DNA of 63,964 nt, counting the filler, from Octopus bimaculoides (lineage: Eukaryota): the NCBI RefSeq assembly GCF_001194135.2. It is 6 parts of 5 records of this genome, joined end to end, with 100 filler letters (N's around TTAATTAATTAA, not from the genome) between each part and the next. Parts side by side here need not be neighbours in the genome. Positions count along the whole stretch, not along the records: positions 39,705 to 58,166 come from NC_069004.1; positions 58,267 to 62,857 come from NC_068981.1; positions 62,958 to 63,964 come from NW_026330166.1; 3 more parts are not named here. One strand, written 5' to 3'. A model generated the notes under the pieces. The model was not told where the DNA came from. It was given only the letters and a program-made list of their open reading frames with translations, and made no database searches. Below, one piece after another: positions 52,686 to 63,964 of the stretch (the first letter of the stretch is position 1; every line of letters starts with the position of its first letter). Position numbers and translations under genes: made by a program.

Positions 52686-55600
52686 AAATAATGTACATAA
52701 TTCCTCATCTCTTGAATACAGAACTGTATCATATATTATATGCACCAACTATTTAGTAAAAAGCACCCTTTGAATGTTGGGCCTCATGGAGGCAGTGACA
52801 AGTAACTGAGACCTTTGGCAATATGTCATGCTTGAGAAGACCCATCAAAACAAGTGAAATTGTAGTCGTGGCAGATATTGGTGTCATGCAACTGGGACGT
52901 AAAAGCATCTACTACACTCTCAGAGAAGATGGTGTTAGGAAGGGCAAGCCGTAGAAACCATCTCAAATTAGATTGGAACCTGGTGCAGTTACTCAGCTTT
53001 CAGTCAAACCATCCAATCCATTCCAGCATGGAAAACATGTTAAATGATGATGATGAATATTTAGGTGTAAAAAATCTAACATAAACTCTGTACTACACAC
53101 AAATAAATAAGGTAGATTCAGTGTCTTGGAACCACAAGCAATTTGATTTATTTGCCTCAGTATTAACACAGAGCTATACAAGCAAATATTGATAGATGCT
53201 GCTGATGACTGTTAGTAACAAGAAAGCTGACACTTGACCTGCTAGAAATGGCAACCAAATTACATCTTGTCTCCAAAAAAAGATTGAACACATTAGATAA
53301 TGTAGTTCTATATCTTATACTATGTGAAAGAAGCTGATTTCTGTCTGTCACAAGATATATATGAAGGGAAAGAGAAAAAGTTGTTGAAAGAGAAATACAG
53401 TGAGATATAGAGTGTGTGAAAGAAAGGTAGATAGGTAGTGTTGTCACCATAGTAACTAATATTACTTTTACTATATAACAGTCTATCAAAAGAAGGTAGA
53501 TGCATGATTAGCAAATATTTTTACCAGCAGCATAGTGTAAAGACTTAGTCTATACTAAAAGATATGATTGTCACTCTTGCTTCTACATCTGCTCAACCTG
53601 GAGTGATCTGTGCTAGAATAAATAACAAGGGAGCCTCTAAATGGTTGCCCAACCTACTAGAAACAGCAGTTAAACTACCCTCAAATCACATTTTACCATT
53701 AAAAAAAAAAAATGGAAGGACATGTAAGATATCTCAGAAAGACAAAATAACCACACACAAACGTTTTTGATTATAGGCATTTCTGTTTGATGAAGTCTAA
53801 CAGTCACAACAACTGTTAGAAAACTTTTTTAAACAACTAATTTTACATCAATTATTTTTGCGTTTGTATGGATGGGATGGTTTTCTGGAGTGCAAACTAC
53901 TTAGCTATGAAAATACAGCAAAATTTGGAATTCAAGGAAACTAACGAAGGTTTGCGTCAGCAGCAATTAATGAAAAAGAGAATGTATGGAATATCAAATA
54001 AGTTTAACTCTTTAGTATTCAAATTATTTATTCTGTCCAATGTAATGCTTATTTATTTTCATTGTTTTGAATTAATCACACATTATCTTGTAGCTTCAAA
54101 ATTTTAATGAAGTGTTTGTCTATTTTTAGAATGACATTGTAGGTTTGGTGTGAGAGATTGGATGTGGCCAGTTTGAATATATTGAATATTTCATTTATCA
54201 TTCTTTTGATGTCCATTTTACCTGCTAGCATGGATTAAATAAATATATCAAAGCATTGTCTTATAGTCAGATGCTTTTCCTGTCACTAACCTTAAGCTCA
54301 TCTCCAAGATAGTGTTCTACTATTCCAGATATCTTCAAAGGCACAAATCCAACGGAAGATTTGTTGGCAAGGGAAATGACCACAACATTACTGTGTTCAG
54401 TGAATTACCTAACATTCAAGGTCCTTGACATTCTTTGAGGATGAAGAAAAGAAATGGTGTTGTTGCTTTATTTTGTCTGAGAATCTATAAAATTCGATAC
54501 ATCCAATTAGTGAGTAGGAAGAAAAGCGAGAGAGGAAATGATATTGTTTTGACTATTATCATTTTGTCAGCAACCCAAGTTACAACATTTCACTTCTTAA
54601 CATCTCTTTCTCACTTTCATACAAAGGGTAAGCGCTTTAGATGTTAGTTTCTTTCCTCATCAAAACAACTCCACTTGCCTTGGCCCCTTCAACTTCTGAT
54701 GAACTAGTAAGGGTACCGTTATGATCATAGTATGACTTGATCATTTTAAACCTTTAGCATTCAGATCACAGTCAAATGCAGAGCTTATTTATTCACACTG
54801 TTTTGAATTAATCATGCATGATATCATAGCTGCAACAATTTTGATGATGTTATCATCAACATTTAACACCCATTTTCCATGCTAGCATGGGTTGAATGGC
54901 TTGATGATGGGAACTGGCAAAGCCAGGGTTTGCACCAAGTTCCATAGTCTGTTTTGGCTTAGTTTCTACAGCTGGATGTCCTTCCTAACACCAACCACTT
55001 CACAGAGTGTACTGGGTACTTTTTACATGGAACCAGCACTGATATCAATGCTTTTCATGTGGCACCTTGGTTTTAGGATCTTAATTTTTATTTCTTTACT
55101 GCCTACAAGGGGCTACACACAGAGGGGACAAACAAGGACAGACAAACGGATTAAGTCTATATCAACCCCAGTGCGTAACGGGTACTTATTTAATTGACCC
55201 CGAAAGGATGAAAGGCAAAGTCGACCTCGGCGGAATTTGAACTCAGAACGTAGAGGCAGACGAAATACCACTAAGCATTTCGCCCGGCATGCTAACATTT
55301 CTGCCAGCTTGCCACCTTAAATTTAGGATCTTAATTCTGTCAGGATAGGTGGGTCTTCATAATGCTCAGTGTTTTGGGCTTGGCCTTCAATACTTTGTCC
55401 CATGTCTTCTAGGGTTTTCCTCTTCCATAACTTCCCTCTACCTTAAATGATGAGAAGCCGGATCTGGCTGGCTGAACATAAAACAGGTAGAATATTCAGG
55501 CCTTGCATAGCTGATTGAGATGTTAAAGGGCGGCAGAGCCCATTCCTCTCCACAGCTGATTTCTATCCGGAGAAAAAGAATTGGCCCTAGTATTTATCAA

Positions 55601-55897
55601 CCCCAAAGAGATGAAAGGTAAAACTGACCATGACAGGATTTGAATGCAGAGTGATAAAAACTGGAATGAATGCTGCAAAGCATTGTAGGCAAAGGCATGG
55701 ATGTGTGGTAAGAAGATTGCTTCCCAACCACATCATTTTGGGTTCAATCCCACTGCATGGCACCTAAGGCAAATGTCTTCTACTAAAGCCCCCGGGCCAA
55801 TTGAAGTTTTGCAAGAGGATTTCATCATCATTTAACAGCCATTCTCCATTTAAGTGTAATATCATAATATTACATTTTAATTCATTTTAAAGTTAAT

Positions 55898-56291
55898 AGG
55901 AGTGGCTGTGTGGTAAGTAGCTTGCTTACCAACCACATGGTTCTGGGTTCAGTGCCACTGTGTGGCACCTTGGGCAGGTGTCTTCTACTATAGCCTCGGG
56001 CCGACCAAAGCCTTGAGACTGGATTTGGTAGACGGAAACTGAAAGAAGCCCGTCGTATATATGTATATGTATATATGTGTGTTTGTGTGTCTGTGTTTGT
56101 CCCCCCAACATCGCTTGACAACTGATGCTGGTGTGTTTACGTCCCTGTAACTTAGCGGTTTGGCAAAAGAGACCGATAGAATAAGTACTAGGCTTACAAA
56201 GAATAAGTCCTGGGGTTGATTTGCTCAACTAAAGGCGGTGCTCCAGCATGGCCGCAGTCAAATGACTGAAACAAGTAAAAGAGTAAAAGAG
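55898..56291 (+). mobile_element. tRNA-derived SINE (family A)
   Basis: Close match to 35419-35840. Confidence 0.85.
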
Positions 56292-56923
56292 TTCAAATGG
56301 AAGACAAAACCTATACAGGTGCATGTGTAGTCGCCCTGCTCCCAACACTTATCACTCCTTTATCCTCAGTAATCATGTAAAATTTTCCAGTGTTCTCCAG
56401 AAGGCAGTTACTACTCACTTTCAGAAGTACTGTTTTCAAGAAACAATTAAAACAAATGATCTAACAATCTGAAAAGGATTAAATACAAATGACTAAAAAA
56501 GTAGAAAAAAAGAAAATCATTTAATGAAGATAATGCAACAGAAATTATTTCAAGTGTGGTCTTTCCCATTTTTCAACCTAGTTCTCATGCAGCACCATCA
56601 CCTCAGTTCTCTCACACCACTCTCCATCACTACAGAATACTCACCCCAGCTTCCACTCATCATAGCTCATACTCAAAACTATCATTCTAGCTCCTACTCA
56701 TTTGCCACTCGTTTCAACTTCCACTCATCCTAACACCTCCTACTCACTACCACAACCCATCTCTACTATCCTGACCCTTCAACTCAAGAACAATCATCTA
56801 AGTTTCCACTCACCACTACTCCACATCATAGCTCTCACTCAGCACCCATTCACTTACTATTCAAGGCCACTTATCTTCACTCACATTTACCACCACCACC
56901 ACCCCACCTATCCCTCACTGCAT

Positions 56924-57211
56924 TCAGGCCTCAATGTTTATATGTACCAATAATCCCCAGTGATCACTAGCAAACCGATGACATTTTGGAATGCGTTCAA
57001 GACCAACAAGTTCAAAGTATACAGGCTTCAAACCCTTTGGCTGAGAATTACGCATATAGATGCGATCAAACCGGCACCTCGGCTTAAATTTGCCCTCAAA
57101 GCCTTTGTTATCATTCCGCTGAGTATCCCACGTGAACTTTGCCTCTGGACGTTTCCCTGTTGCCTCCCAAACATCAGTCACTTGGTTTGGAATTCCTCCC
57201 ACATTCACCAA
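56924..57211 (-). CDS. TDP2: Tyrosyl-DNA phosphodiesterase 2, last coding exon (C-terminal part of the EEP domain)
   Basis: Translates as LVNVGGIPNQVTDVWEATGKRPEAKFTWDTQRNDN...RCRFDRIYMR...LVGLERIPKCHRFASDHWGLLVHINIEA*. This matches the TDP2 C-terminal motifs (GG.P..V.DVWE, TWDT..N, RFDRI, SDHWGL). It is preceded by the acceptor tttctctttctatgcag (AG at 57213-57212) and ends in TGA at 56924-56926. The Met at 57217 in the ORF track is intronic. Confidence 0.9.
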   Translation of the reverse strand: MVNVGGIPNQVTDVWEATGKRPEAKFTWDTQRNDNKGFEGKFKPRCRFDRIYMRNSQPKGLKPVYFELVGLERIPKCHRFASDHWGLLVHINIEA

Positions 57212-57759
57212 CTGCATAGAAAGAGAAATAAATTATATAAATTTAGAGAAGAATAATATATATGAAATAGAATAAGCAGAACAAGAGAAGACATGTGAGA
57301 CATGAGAGTGTTGAAGAGATCACTAAATGTACGATGAAAGAACTTTGACAAAGAAACTAAAATAATAATAATAATCCTTTCTACAATAGGCACAAGTCCT
57401 GAAATTTTGTGGGGAGGAGATAAGTTTATTATATCAACCCCAGTGTTTCACTGATACTTAATTTATCAACCCTGAAAGGATGAAAGGTAAAGTCGACCTC
57501 AGCACAATTTGAACTCAGAACGTAAAGACAAGCGAAATACTGCTAAACATTTCACCCAGCATGCTTACGATTCTGTCAGCTCACCGCCTTAATAACAACA
57601 ATAATAAAGCTGAAGTGAAGACCAACTATATAGTGTGTGTGTTTAATTGGCAAAATATGACCACCCACAAGCATAACAATATTTGTTTCAACACATGATT
57701 TTACATCAAGAAACATGCAAAACAAATACATAAAGGTGTATGTGTGTGTGTATATATAT

Positions 57760-58162
57760 AAACATAATTAAGGGATCAGCAAATATTTGCTTCACCATAT
57801 ACCGAAGTTCAGAAATAGCAGCTAAGGACAGTTAGACTGGCTGACCGAGGTGGATTCGGTTATGCTTTCAGATCTGTGTCGGTGTAGAATGTTACTCGTT
57901 CATGCTTGCACAGTTTGCTAGCATAGTCAAATTTACTGCTGGAATACAGTATTGATGACGGAAATTGAGTATCAATCATAATCCAGAAACGCATCTACTG
58001 TTAACTTTCGGAATGGTTAGTTTTTCATTGTTTTTTTCTTCTTGTTTTTGCCTTTGTGAGTTACAAGTGATGCTATCTGTGGGATTCTCAGCTTTTTTAG
58101 CTGCTATTTCTGAACTTCGGTATATGGTGAAGCAAATATTTGCTGATCCGTTAATTATGTTT
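57760..58162. mobile_element. About 400-bp MITE with 66-bp TIRs in a TDP2 intron
   Basis: 57760-57825 and 58097-58162 match at 65 of 66 positions. TA context on both sides. Confidence 0.85.
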
Positions 58163-58834
58163 ATAANNNNNNNNNNNNNNNNNNNNNNNNNNNNNNNNNN
58201 NNNNNNNNNNTTAATTAATTAANNNNNNNNNNNNNNNNNNNNNNNNNNNNNNNNNNNNNNNNNNNNATATATATATATATATATACGACGGGCTTCTTTC
58301 AATTTCCGTCTACCAAATCCACTCACAAAGTTTTAGTCGGCCAGGGTTATAGTAAAAGATATTTGCCCAAAGTGCCATGCAGTTGGACAAAACCCGGAAC
58401 CATGTGGTTGGGAAGGAAGCTTCCTACCACGCATGCGCCTGTTGATTTTTTTCTACTATATAAACGTTCACAGTTATTTCGAAGTTTCTTCTCTGTAGTC
58501 TTCATCAGATTACATAAGCCAAACTTTGAAGCAATTGTTGAACTTTTTGTCGTAAATAAAGGTCATCGAATACAATTTTTTTATTAGATCAAATTTGGCT
58601 TATAGCTGTTTCCAGTAATCATTATCGTTACATTACTGAGATGTTTATTCAGCTGGGCTATTGATCAAGTGAGGTAAATTGAACGACCTTAAATAAAGTT
58701 ACTGCTATTTCATTCAGAGCCATTTCTGGAAATAACAAGCAGAGCACTTGAGGAATGGCTATTGTGTGGGGAAGGTGGAGGAAGTTGAGAAGTAGAATAG
58801 AGAACAAAGGAAGAGAGATTACAAGGGTGGGAGC

Positions 58835-58849
58835 AACTAAGGGAGTGGC

Positions 58850-58907
<58 letters not shown>

Positions 58908-59028
58908 TATTGCCAAATTTGAAAGCGGAACAGTCACAAACATGGGTCAGCACCCATTACCACATTAGCATTGTATATAGGTTAGATAGATAAATAGATA
59001 GATAGATGGATAGATAAATAAATAGATG

Positions 59029-59105
<77 letters not shown>
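58835..59105. repeat. (AGT)n and (GATA)n microsatellites
   Basis: Directly visible. Confidence 0.95.
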
Positions 59106-59557
59106 ACTCACAGATCTTTACTGGAATAATGGTATTCGAAGTTGACATGTAGCTATAAATAATACTATGTAAATACTGGGTTGAAAAACCCTTTTGGGCA
59201 GAAAAAGTCGGGCAGTATACAATTTTTTTTCTTTCAAAGGGGGTTTTTCGACCCAATATTTACATGTCATGCGATCCTCAAGAGTCACTATTCCAAAATG
59301 GAATTATTTCAAGCTCTCTCGAAACCTTCTAAAATTCTTGACATACACACTCATACACGCACACACTCATACACACATAAGCACACATACACATACATGG
59401 GTGTGTATATATATATGTGTCTGTGCATGTATGTATGTATGTATACACACAATACATACATACATACATACAGTTACACACATACATGTATCTAAAAATG
59501 CATGTGTGTATATATGTATCTATCAATTTCTCTCTCTCTCTGTCTATCTCTTTCTCT

Positions 59558-59594
<37 letters not shown>

Positions 59595-60849
59595 GTATGT
59601 GTATGTGTTTGTGTGTGTGTGTGTGTGTGTATGTGTGTGTGTGTGTGTGTTTGTTTGTGCTATGACTGTGTATGTGTCTGATACTCTGACTCACGGTAAA
59701 GCCTTTATAATCCTAGTGGTGGGAATTTAGGGTAATTTTACCCCACATTTTGACGCTTGTTGTTTGTGTATATAAGACAGAAGATCTATTTTGTAGGGGA
59801 TGAGCAAATGGAAATTTCAGATGTTCATTGCTTTCTATGTGTCCTTATGTAAACGAAGTTTCATAGATTCATTCATACAATGAAGTGGGGGGAAAATGGG
59901 TCGAAGACATTATTCAACGAAGACTTGCCGCTTTCCTCTGAAGTTTCAAACAGGACCTATAACAAAGTAGTTTCAATTTCTGAAGTGACTAAGAATAAAA
60001 TTTATCTATTCTTCTCAAACAGAAAAAAGTAAAGCAGAGAAACGTTTTGAATGAAGAGAATATATTTCTTATTGACGTGTAAGCTGTGTGTCCCTTGAGA
60101 AACGAGATATCATTGTTCATTGAATCGGTTATAAGCTTGATTTTTATCATGTTAAAAGTAACACGTATTTATTTTTTATTTAAAGAAACAAAGTAAGAAT
60201 GACTTCAAAGGATGTCCTCATTACCTTAAAACAGAATAGATATAGAATTATAGAATTACTAGTGGGACTTGTGGAACGAAAAAGATTAAGAGAAGCTATT
60301 TAAGAAAGAGAGGATGATTTTTTATTCTTATTTGCCCAAGTTATCTCACTTCCAATCGCAATAACATGTATGATTTTTCAAAATTTCCCTCTACCAAGCA
60401 CTTTATATTTCTCTTTTTTCTCTCTACCTCTTCAACAAACATTTTAACCATGTAATTCCTATCTTCATGTCTTTAACATTTCTCTCTTTCACTTCACCTT
60501 TCCCTCCCCACCCTGCAGCACATCATTAATATTTCTCTCCCTCACTTTTCTCTCACCTTTTTCTCTCGCTCTTCGCTTCTCCTTTAAACTAACCACGTGA
60601 TGCGTTTGGTCTTATTGTATTATTATACTCCTCTCTTCTTTCTTCTCTACTCATATTTCTTCCCCCCTCTCTCTATCACACATTGTTACTCCACCTTTCG
60701 CTCACTCCACCTCCACTTTTCTATCTGAAGTATAACGGGCGAACGAACAAGCGGGTTATTATATAGATATTAAAAAAATAAAGGTTTCCATCGTTTGTTA
60801 ACAGTACCATTTTTCATAAAGGCACTTGATGAAGAAACTTCCTTTTAAT

Positions 60850-62081
60850 TTGATCTCTATACGTCTCATTTAACTGCTAACATTTGTTTTACTACCTATC
60901 ATCTTGCCTTCAGATAATCTAACTGAACTCACTTCCATCTGAAATCAGCATTCTCGGTGGCCTCACTACACAAAACCACTAACTATTTCACTCTCCCATT
61001 TATCGGACGCTGCTGGTGTTTCCTCTTCTGAATGGAAATAAAAATTCATAATAGTCTTCGTTATTTAATATCCTCACTTAGCATCTCCAGTTTTAACTAA
61101 TTGAATTTCTTGTGCGTTAACCTACTTAAATTTTTACTTTTGATCTGCCGCCCTTGTTTTTGCTTAATAATAATGTTTAACTCTCCTACACTACCGGTAT
61201 TATCCTGATTAATAAATGTCATCGTTTGATAGTCTTCGGTAGTTCTACCCCTGATCAACGCAGAATCTCCCAACACTCAATCCATTTTGCACCTGTATGA
61301 ACTAACTATCAACTAATCACACTAACTTCCAGTTTCTAAAATGTAATGGGAGCAGTTGTAAAGAAGCATTTCGTTCATAACCTTAAGACTCTCACACACT
61401 TCTCGTTGGCCACTGGCACGATTTAGAATATCGGTGGAAGTCATACTGTTGCCTTTGACACAAGGAAAACCTTCGACTGTGTATGGTATGAGTAAGATCT
61501 AAGTTTCCCACGTTTGAGCTTATCTCTTTGATCAGATATTTCCTGTAAAACAGAGTAATTGCTGTGTGCGTTGATGCGTCTCCATTCTACTCACATTCTA
61601 AGGCATCAAGGTTTGGTTGTCTCACATTCTTCCTTCTGTACATTAATGACTTCCTTATTGTTACTTCTAACCAAACATATAATCTTATACAGTTGATACT
61701 ATCCGTCACTTCTTAAACTTCGTCACACGCACGCGTTATTCACACAAGGCATTATACTCCAGATCTCCACTACTTACATTAGCAAAGAGCTCAAAAAATC
61801 CTTTCAATGTTAACATAAGGATTTTGTCTTTTTCAACAACATCATAACTCAGTTGTGACATATTGCACCTATGATTTCCCTATCTATACACAGTAAATCC
61901 ATCAAATTCTATTTTTCACAAGCTTTGTTATTCTCTCATTGATATTTTCGTATCATAAGCGTAGTATTATATCTCAGGGTCGAGCTTACCTTTCAGATTA
62001 TTGATCATTTACTAACACTACAAAGCTCATGTGATACGGACTGTGTAATATTGCTCACTTGTAAAAAAAAACAGTACAGCA

Positions 62082-62113
<32 letters not shown>

Positions 62114-62118
62114 AAACA

Positions 62119-62198
<80 letters not shown>

Positions 62199-62460
62199 AC
62201 GCACGCACAACTGACTGAAACCAAAACAAGCTTTTCACAGCAATGATCTCTGTTTCTGTAAACAAATTCGTTTCTCATTTTTTTTGCAGTATTTCTCCAA
62301 TGCGTCACTTCTATATTCTCTACACTCAACATTTTAGCCAATCCTTCAGTCACAGAACTGTAACCGTCTGGAATTTCCTTTACAACCTCGTTTTTCAAGC
62401 TAAAAATCAACTGGGCCTGCAAGAGTCATCAACGTTTCCCGTCTAGCTGTAACTAATAAG
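60850..62460 (+). mobile_element. Old CR1/L2/Jockey-like LINE RT relic
   Basis: Decayed motifs VAFDTRKTFDCVWYE (ALD..KAFD.VWH), FLLYINDFL and HFSQSFSHRTVTVWNFL. Interrupted by (ACT)n/(CA)n. Confidence 0.6.
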
Positions 62461-62824
62461 ATAATTGTTTTGATGCTGCTACTGTCCCACTGATAAATAT
62501 TTTATAGGCATTAGTTATAGGGAAGACAGAAACCAACTGGAGATGTGAAATTTGGGTTCGAAATTGAAATGTAACAAAGCTTTATTCATTGTGAAGCATT
62601 GATATTTCCTGACTACAGAGTGGACTATTTCATCAGTGAGGATATTTCGTTCGACGGAAAGCGTGAAAGGGTTTGAAAGAACAAAGTGAAGAAAGATAAA
62701 AATTAACTAAAATCTGCAGTCCAATATGTGGTATGCCATTATGTGTGGTCGCATATGTGCACGTGGGGTGCATGTATATACGTATACGTGTGTGTATATA
62801 AATATATGTGTGTGTGTATAAATA

Positions 62825-62857
<33 letters not shown>

Positions 62858-62976
62858 NNNNNNNNNNNNNNNNNNNNNNNNNNNNNNNNNNNNNNNNNNN
62901 NTTAATTAATTAANNNNNNNNNNNNNNNNNNNNNNNNNNNNNNNNNNNNNNNNNNNNATATATACATACATACACA

Positions 62977-63255
62977 TGAGGGCGCATGGCCTTGTGGCTA
63001 GGGTGTTGCTCACGAGCTCGTGGTTTCAATTCCTATACCGGGTTGTGCGTTGTATTCTTGAGCAAATCACTCCACCTGACATTGCTCTGCGATCATTTCG
63101 ACACCCGACACGTGGTACAACGACCACATGTGAAAGCAACATCGATTTAATGGAGAGAGTGAGCTAATGTACAGCACGAACATTTGATCACTATAAACAA
63201 ATCATTTGTGCAGGTCGTTCAGCAAAAAACATACGTCATCTTCGACCGGAGACTC
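62977..63255 (+). mobile_element. tRNA-derived SINE (additional family)
   Basis: A-box ggccttgtggctagggtg, B-box-like ggtttcaattcc, followed by ttcttgagcaaatcact. Confidence 0.55.
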
Positions 63256-63359
63256 AATCTCGTATATATACACACATATATACAGGGTGATTTTCAATAC
63301 TATCGTTGCTATTTTGTTGATTATATTTTGATACGCACATACTCGCAGATACACGCTAA

Positions 63360-63411
<52 letters not shown>

Positions 63412-63490
63412 CGTGCATGCGTGCTTAATGTACCTACGTATATACATACGCGTATATATAACTATATCGTTATTGATATATATTCACATA

Positions 63491-63523
<33 letters not shown>

Positions 63524-63964
63524 GTGTATCTATCATTCCGTATCTCTGTCTCTATACGCGCGCACAAGCGCGCACAAGCGCGCACGCACACACACACACA
63601 CATCAATTTACTGTTAAGTATATAACTCAATACTATAGTAGAGATTAATAATATATTTCAATTTGGTCGGATCAATCTCTTGCTATTATGAGTTTCGCCT
63701 ACAGGTGCGCAGGGATTTCAGGCAAGTTTTGACAGGTTATGACAAGTAACTTGCCTGAAGATTCTGTGCATCTACAGGTGAAATTCAGAGTAAGAAGAAA
63801 CTTGCCTAACCAAAATAATATATGTATTGCTAAATATATAAACACTCAATCTTTCTCTATTGTGCATATGGTCTTACTGCGTTCGAAATTCACTTTCTTG
63901 TCTGTAATATATATTAATATTAGAACTTCGATTGGAATAGTGTTGATATATTTTCGATTATTTT

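Noticed and set aside
59270-59330. KVSRELEIIPFWN resembling the TDP2 EIIPF segment
   Set aside because: In-frame TGA four codons later, no good donor, and adjacent to an inverted repeat.

Overview
AT-rich animal genomic DNA from a gapped draft scaffold, dense in microsatellites. The SINE/LINE content suggests an octopus-type cephalopod; this is an inference. Most entries in the ORF track are translations of (TA)n/(TG)n/(AAT)n repeats or N gaps. The only host coding sequence recognisable by homology is the terminal exon of TDP2 (minus strand, 56924-57211); its upstream exons were not found. Reading splice sites by hand on the minus strand gives a chain of phase-compatible small exons from about 38.0 kb to about 3.6 kb. 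They could encode an unrecognised, probably secreted, beta-rich protein of about 160-240 aa, with an unresolved 3' end. The rest is transposon debris: R4/Dong-type, RTE, Penelope and CR1/L2-like retroelements, mariner/Tc1/maT relics, several MITEs and at least three tRNA-SINE families. Notable structures are two fold-back Penelope-type repeats carrying degenerate minimal hammerhead-ribozyme motifs, a stack of elements joined by (TAA)n, a minisatellite grown from a SINE B-box, and a hAT MITE nested in a mariner. No prokaryote-style novel system (CRISPR, operon) is present.
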